64,000 nt of DNA, taken from positions 6,429,342-6,493,341 of the forward strand of contig NZ_CP042431.1 of the NCBI RefSeq assembly GCF_007970185.1, written 5' to 3'. This document shows positions 61,000 through 64,000 of the stretch, piece by piece. The DNA is from Pseudobacter ginsenosidimutans (lineage in GTDB: Bacteria > Bacteroidota > Bacteroidia > Chitinophagales > Chitinophagaceae). The position numbers and the translations under genes are program-made. Under the pieces are notes generated by a model. It made no database searches, was not told the origin of the DNA, and saw only the letters and a program-made list of their open reading frames with translations. Numbering within the stretch: position 1 is the first letter of the stretch; each line of letters begins with the position of its first letter.

Positions 61000-62604
61000 A
61001 TGAAAAGAATACATCTCATCATACTATCTGCAGCCGTTCTGCTTACAGCAGGCAGTTGTAAGAAATGGCTCGATATCAATACCGATCCGTCGAACCCGCA
61101 AATTGCAAAGGCAGAAATGTTGCTTTCTCCCATTCAGTGGCAGATATCGGCTACTACCGCCAATGATTACCGCTTCCTGTTCAAGACTATTCAGAATTGG
61201 AGCAGTGCAAATGCAGACAATAACTGGGAGGCTCACGGTTACGAACCCACGCTCGACAACGGTGGCGCTATCTGGAGGATGCTGTACATTACCAGCGGCC
61301 CCAATCTTGAACTCCTCATTAAGGAAGCAAGAGAAAATGGAAAGTGGACCTTTGCAGGTATCGGCTATGCGCTCAAGGCTTATGGTTTCCAACTTACCAC
61401 AGACCTGCATGGTCCTATCATTCTGGATCAGGCTTTCGACACTACCCGTCTTTTCTTCAATTACCAGGATCAACCGGATGTGTATGCGCGTGTTCGTGAA
61501 TGGACGGACTCTTCCCTGGCTTGCTTCTCCAGAACTGACTGGATGGATTACTCCAATGCATTGTCTACCGCAGATATCATTTACAAGGGTGACCGCGATA
61601 AATGGAAAAAGTTCGTGTATGCCATACTGGCTCAGCAATACAGCCACCTCGTAAAGAAAGCCAACTTCGCATCCCAGTATGCCGACAGTGTGATAAAATA
61701 TGTAGACCTCTCATTCATCGGAGCGCAGGAGGATGCTACTATCCTGGCTGGCAATACCAATTCGAATGACGCCAATGTTTTTTCACCCAGCGCAGCCACC
61801 AACCTGGTGAACATCACTTCTACCGCTACCCAAACCTATACAGGAAGGATCAGTCAACCGATCCTCAGCATGCTTACCGGAGGAGTGAGGGGAACCCCCA
61901 CTCCCAACCCCACAGGATCTACTGATCCAAGATTAAGAAGGATGATCGCTGCAGATCCGCTTGACGGCATCTACAAAGCGATTGTGCCCACCATGGGAGA
62001 CGTAACGGCGAATAAAAGAGTGCCACTTGTTTGGGGTTATATTCCGTCAGGACAATCTACCTATACCGGCAAATATCTCTACTACGCCGCCAGCCGCTAC
62101 CCGATCCTTTCTTATTCACAACTCCAGTTTGCAAAAGCCGAAGCCCTGTTCATCAAGAACGAACCCGGCCTCGCACACGATGCTTACAAAAATGGCATCA
62201 ATGGTCACATGCAGTTCGTAAATCTTTACGGTTCACCTGTGGATCCAAAGATCAGCCAGACTGAGATCGATGCTTATATGAACAGTACTGAAGTGGCGCA
62301 GAACGGCGGAGAACTGAAACTCTCCGATATCATGACCCAGAAATACATTTCACAATGGGGCTGGGCCGGCATGGAAACATTCAACGACCTCCGCAAATAC
62401 GATTACGATACAGCCGTATTCAAGAATCTTTATTTCTATCAGCCTGAAGACCTGTATGCCAGCAACCTGGGTAAACTCTGCTACCGCTACAGGCCACGCT
62501 ACAATTCCGAATATGTATGGAACAAAACTGAACTGGCCAAATGGAAAGGAACAGATCCTAACTACAATACCCTTCCAACATGGGCAATGACACCCGACCA
62601 GTAA
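61000..62604 (+). CDS. susD: SusD/RagB-family nutrient-binding lipoprotein.
   Basis: Lipobox LTAGSCKKW. TPR-like helical SusD pattern. It is immediately 3' of susC. Confidence 0.85.
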   Translation: MKRIHLIILSAAVLLTAGSCKKWLDINTDPSNPQIAKAEMLLSPIQWQISATTANDYRFLFKTIQNWSSANADNNWEAHGYEPTLDNGGAIWRMLYITSGPNLELLIKEARENGKWTFAGIGYALKAYGFQLTTDLHGPIILDQAFDTTRLFFNYQDQPDVYARVREWTDSSLACFSRTDWMDYSNALSTADIIYKGDRDKWKKFVYAILAQQYSHLVKKANFASQYADSVIKYVDLSFIGAQEDATILAGNTNSNDANVFSPSAATNLVNITSTATQTYTGRISQPILSMLTGGVRGTPTPNPTGSTDPRLRRMIAADPLDGIYKAIVPTMGDVTANKRVPLVWGYIPSGQSTYTGKYLYYAASRYPILSYSQLQFAKAEALFIKNEPGLAHDAYKNGINGHMQFVNLYGSPVDPKISQTEIDAYMNSTEVAQNGGELKLSDIMTQKYISQWGWAGMETFNDLRKYDYDTAVFKNLYFYQPEDLYASNLGKLCYRYRPRYNSEYVWNKTELAKWKGTDPNYNTLPTWAMTPDQ

Positions 62605-62621
62605 CCCAAACTAACATTATC

Positions 62622-63413
62622 ATGAAACATATCATCAAAATATCTTTCAGCGTGCTGGCCGGCGTTATGTTATTCAGCAGCTGCAAAAAGAACGAGATCA
62701 AATACGGTGAATTTGATTTGGTGGGCGCCAATCAGGCATTGTTCAAAGTGAACTTCCTGTCGCAATACAAATCCGCGCCCTCAGTTGTATTCATCATCGA
62801 TGGCAAACGGGTGAACAACCCGATCACGGCGCGCACACCATTTCCTGGTGGCGGCCTGAATACCGGTGGTGGCTCCACTGCCAACTACATGGTGTTCAAT
62901 TCAGGCAGCCATGAATTCAAAGTAGTGGTCCCATCCAAACTCACCAACCTGGATTCAATGGAATTGTACAAAACAAATATCTCCCTGGAGGCTGGCAAAT
63001 ATCAAACGCTGCATATCACCGATACTGCTGAGAACACTTACAGCACATTGGTGGTGGATGATCTTACAAGACCCGACTCCGGAAAAGTGCGTTATCGTTT
63101 CATTAACCTGATGCCCAATTCACCTGAATTGAATCTTTATTACGATTCCACGCTGATGGCTGAAAAGATTGCCTATAAAGGTTCTGCGGAGTTTTTCAAG
63201 CCTGCCGGTCTCACTGCAGCAACAAGAGGTTGGTGGGTACGTGACGCAAGCCTTGGTTCAGCCGCACCTGCACTGGTATCTTACACCACTGCTTCCGGCG
63301 TGAACAGTTCACAGCTCAACCAGCGCGTGTTTACGGTATTCACTTCAGGTTTTGCCGGCCTTCCATCATCAGACGGCAGAAGGTCATTCCTATCATTCGT
63401 ATTCAATTTATAA
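62622..63413 (+). CDS. SusE/SusF-like accessory lipoprotein of the PUL.
   Basis: Lipobox MLFSSCKKNE. Ig-like beta-rich composition. It is 3' of susD. Confidence 0.45.
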   Translation: MKHIIKISFSVLAGVMLFSSCKKNEIKYGEFDLVGANQALFKVNFLSQYKSAPSVVFIIDGKRVNNPITARTPFPGGGLNTGGGSTANYMVFNSGSHEFKVVVPSKLTNLDSMELYKTNISLEAGKYQTLHITDTAENTYSTLVVDDLTRPDSGKVRYRFINLMPNSPELNLYYDSTLMAEKIAYKGSAEFFKPAGLTAATRGWWVRDASLGSAAPALVSYTTASGVNSSQLNQRVFTVFTSGFAGLPSSDGRRSFLSFVFNL

Positions 63414-63461
63414 TGATACAGGTTCCTGGTTAGACACACTACATTCATCGGTAACATGAGA

Positions 63462-63492
63462 AAACGGGCCGCCTCCACTGAGGCGGCCTTCT
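63462..63492 (+). terminator. Rho-independent terminator of the PUL operon.
   Basis: gggccgcctccactgaggcggcc followed by a T-rich tract. Confidence 0.5.
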
Positions 63493-63548
63493 ACTTTCGA
63501 AGCGATCGACCCTTCAACTAACAGACAGCAATCCACGAAAACGCAATA

Positions 63549-63585
63549 AAAAAATCCCGGCTTTGCAGAAGCCGGGATGTATATG
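63549..63585 (-). terminator. Rho-independent terminator for the minus-strand membrane-protein gene.
   Basis: cccggctttgcagaagccggg, followed by a T-run on the minus strand. Confidence 0.5.
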
Positions 63586-63605
63586 ATCAATCGTGTAATT
63601 CAAAT

Positions 63606-63992
63606 TTAACTCCAGGGCCAGTTATACGCCAGGAATATTGCCGTAATGATCCCTGCCAGATCCGCAATCAGCGAAGCCGGGATCGCATACCTCGTTTTCT
63701 TGATACCCACTGAACCGAAATACAAAGCAACAATATAGAATGTAGTATCGGCAGAGCCCTGGAATAAGCAGCTCAGTCTTCCGATGAATGAATCAGCGCC
63801 ATGCACTGCCATCGCATCGATCATCATCGCCCTGGAGCCGCTGCCGCTGAATGGCCTCATCAATGCAGTTGGCATCGCTTCCACCCATTTTGAATCAAAG
63901 CCCATCGACTCCACAATGTACCTCAGCCCATCCACCATATAAGTGAACACACCGCAATTGCGCAGCACGCTGATAGCAACCAGCATACCCAC
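63606..63992 (-). CDS. Nucleoside-recognition (Gate) domain membrane protein. Partial: the N-terminus lies beyond the window.
   Basis: Hydrophobic TM segments with a SpmA/SpmB-like composition. The ORF runs off the end of the window. Confidence 0.35.
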   Translation of the reverse strand: MGMLVAISVLRNCGVFTYMVDGLRYIVESMGFDSKWVEAMPTALMRPFSGSGSRAMMIDAMAVHGADSFIGRLSCLFQGSADTTFYIVALYFGSVGIKKTRYAIPASLIADLAGIITAIFLAYNWPWS

Positions 63993-64000
63993 CAGGTAAG

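Overview
This window looks like Bacteroidota chromosome (probably Chitinophagaceae-like, about 45-50% GC), with a lower-GC integrated region of roughly 20 kb in the first third. The host backbone carries: a SusC/SusD/SusE-like polysaccharide-utilization locus with a DeoR regulator; an LPS-transport and cell-envelope cluster (LptD-like, two tandem Amidase_3 paralogs, MlaD, OstA-like); a cobalamin-riboswitch-controlled btuB/btuG-like uptake locus; Kup, Ung and PlsC; a LytS/LytTR two-component pair; flotillin with an NfeD partner; a UvrD-like helicase; a GH29 fucosidase; and a BBE-like FAD oxidase.

The integrated region runs from about 1.15-2.6 kb to 21.3 kb and ends at a tRNA-Arg(TCT) gene at 21247-21323 on the minus strand. 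A large serine recombinase and an excisionase-like HTH sit next to the tRNA. Three imperfect copies of the tRNA 3' end (1160, 2633, 6180), each beside a terminator hairpin, mark the distal junctions, which suggests serial or tandem integration.

The cargo is defense-like:
- A short-pAgo operon, SPARDA-like: a nuclease/APAZ-type partner followed by a catalytically dead MID-PIWI.
- Convergent to it, a five-gene minus-strand cluster that I cannot assign to any named system: small HTH-like protein, a GHKL ATPase fused to a PD-(D/E)xK-like C-terminus, a HATPase_c protein, a 799 aa unknown, and a single-HKD PLD nuclease. This is the best candidate in the window for an undescribed system.
- A divergent Fic and SWIM-zinc-finger pair in an older segment.

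Four host genes have frame breaks at short homopolymers: an MFS transporter, the LytTR regulator, a B12-locus lipoprotein and an OstA-like protein. This looks more like homopolymer indel error than biology. A second tRNA has an apparent UAU anticodon, and the serine-recombinase ORF reads through the antisense tRNA-Arg; both need checking.
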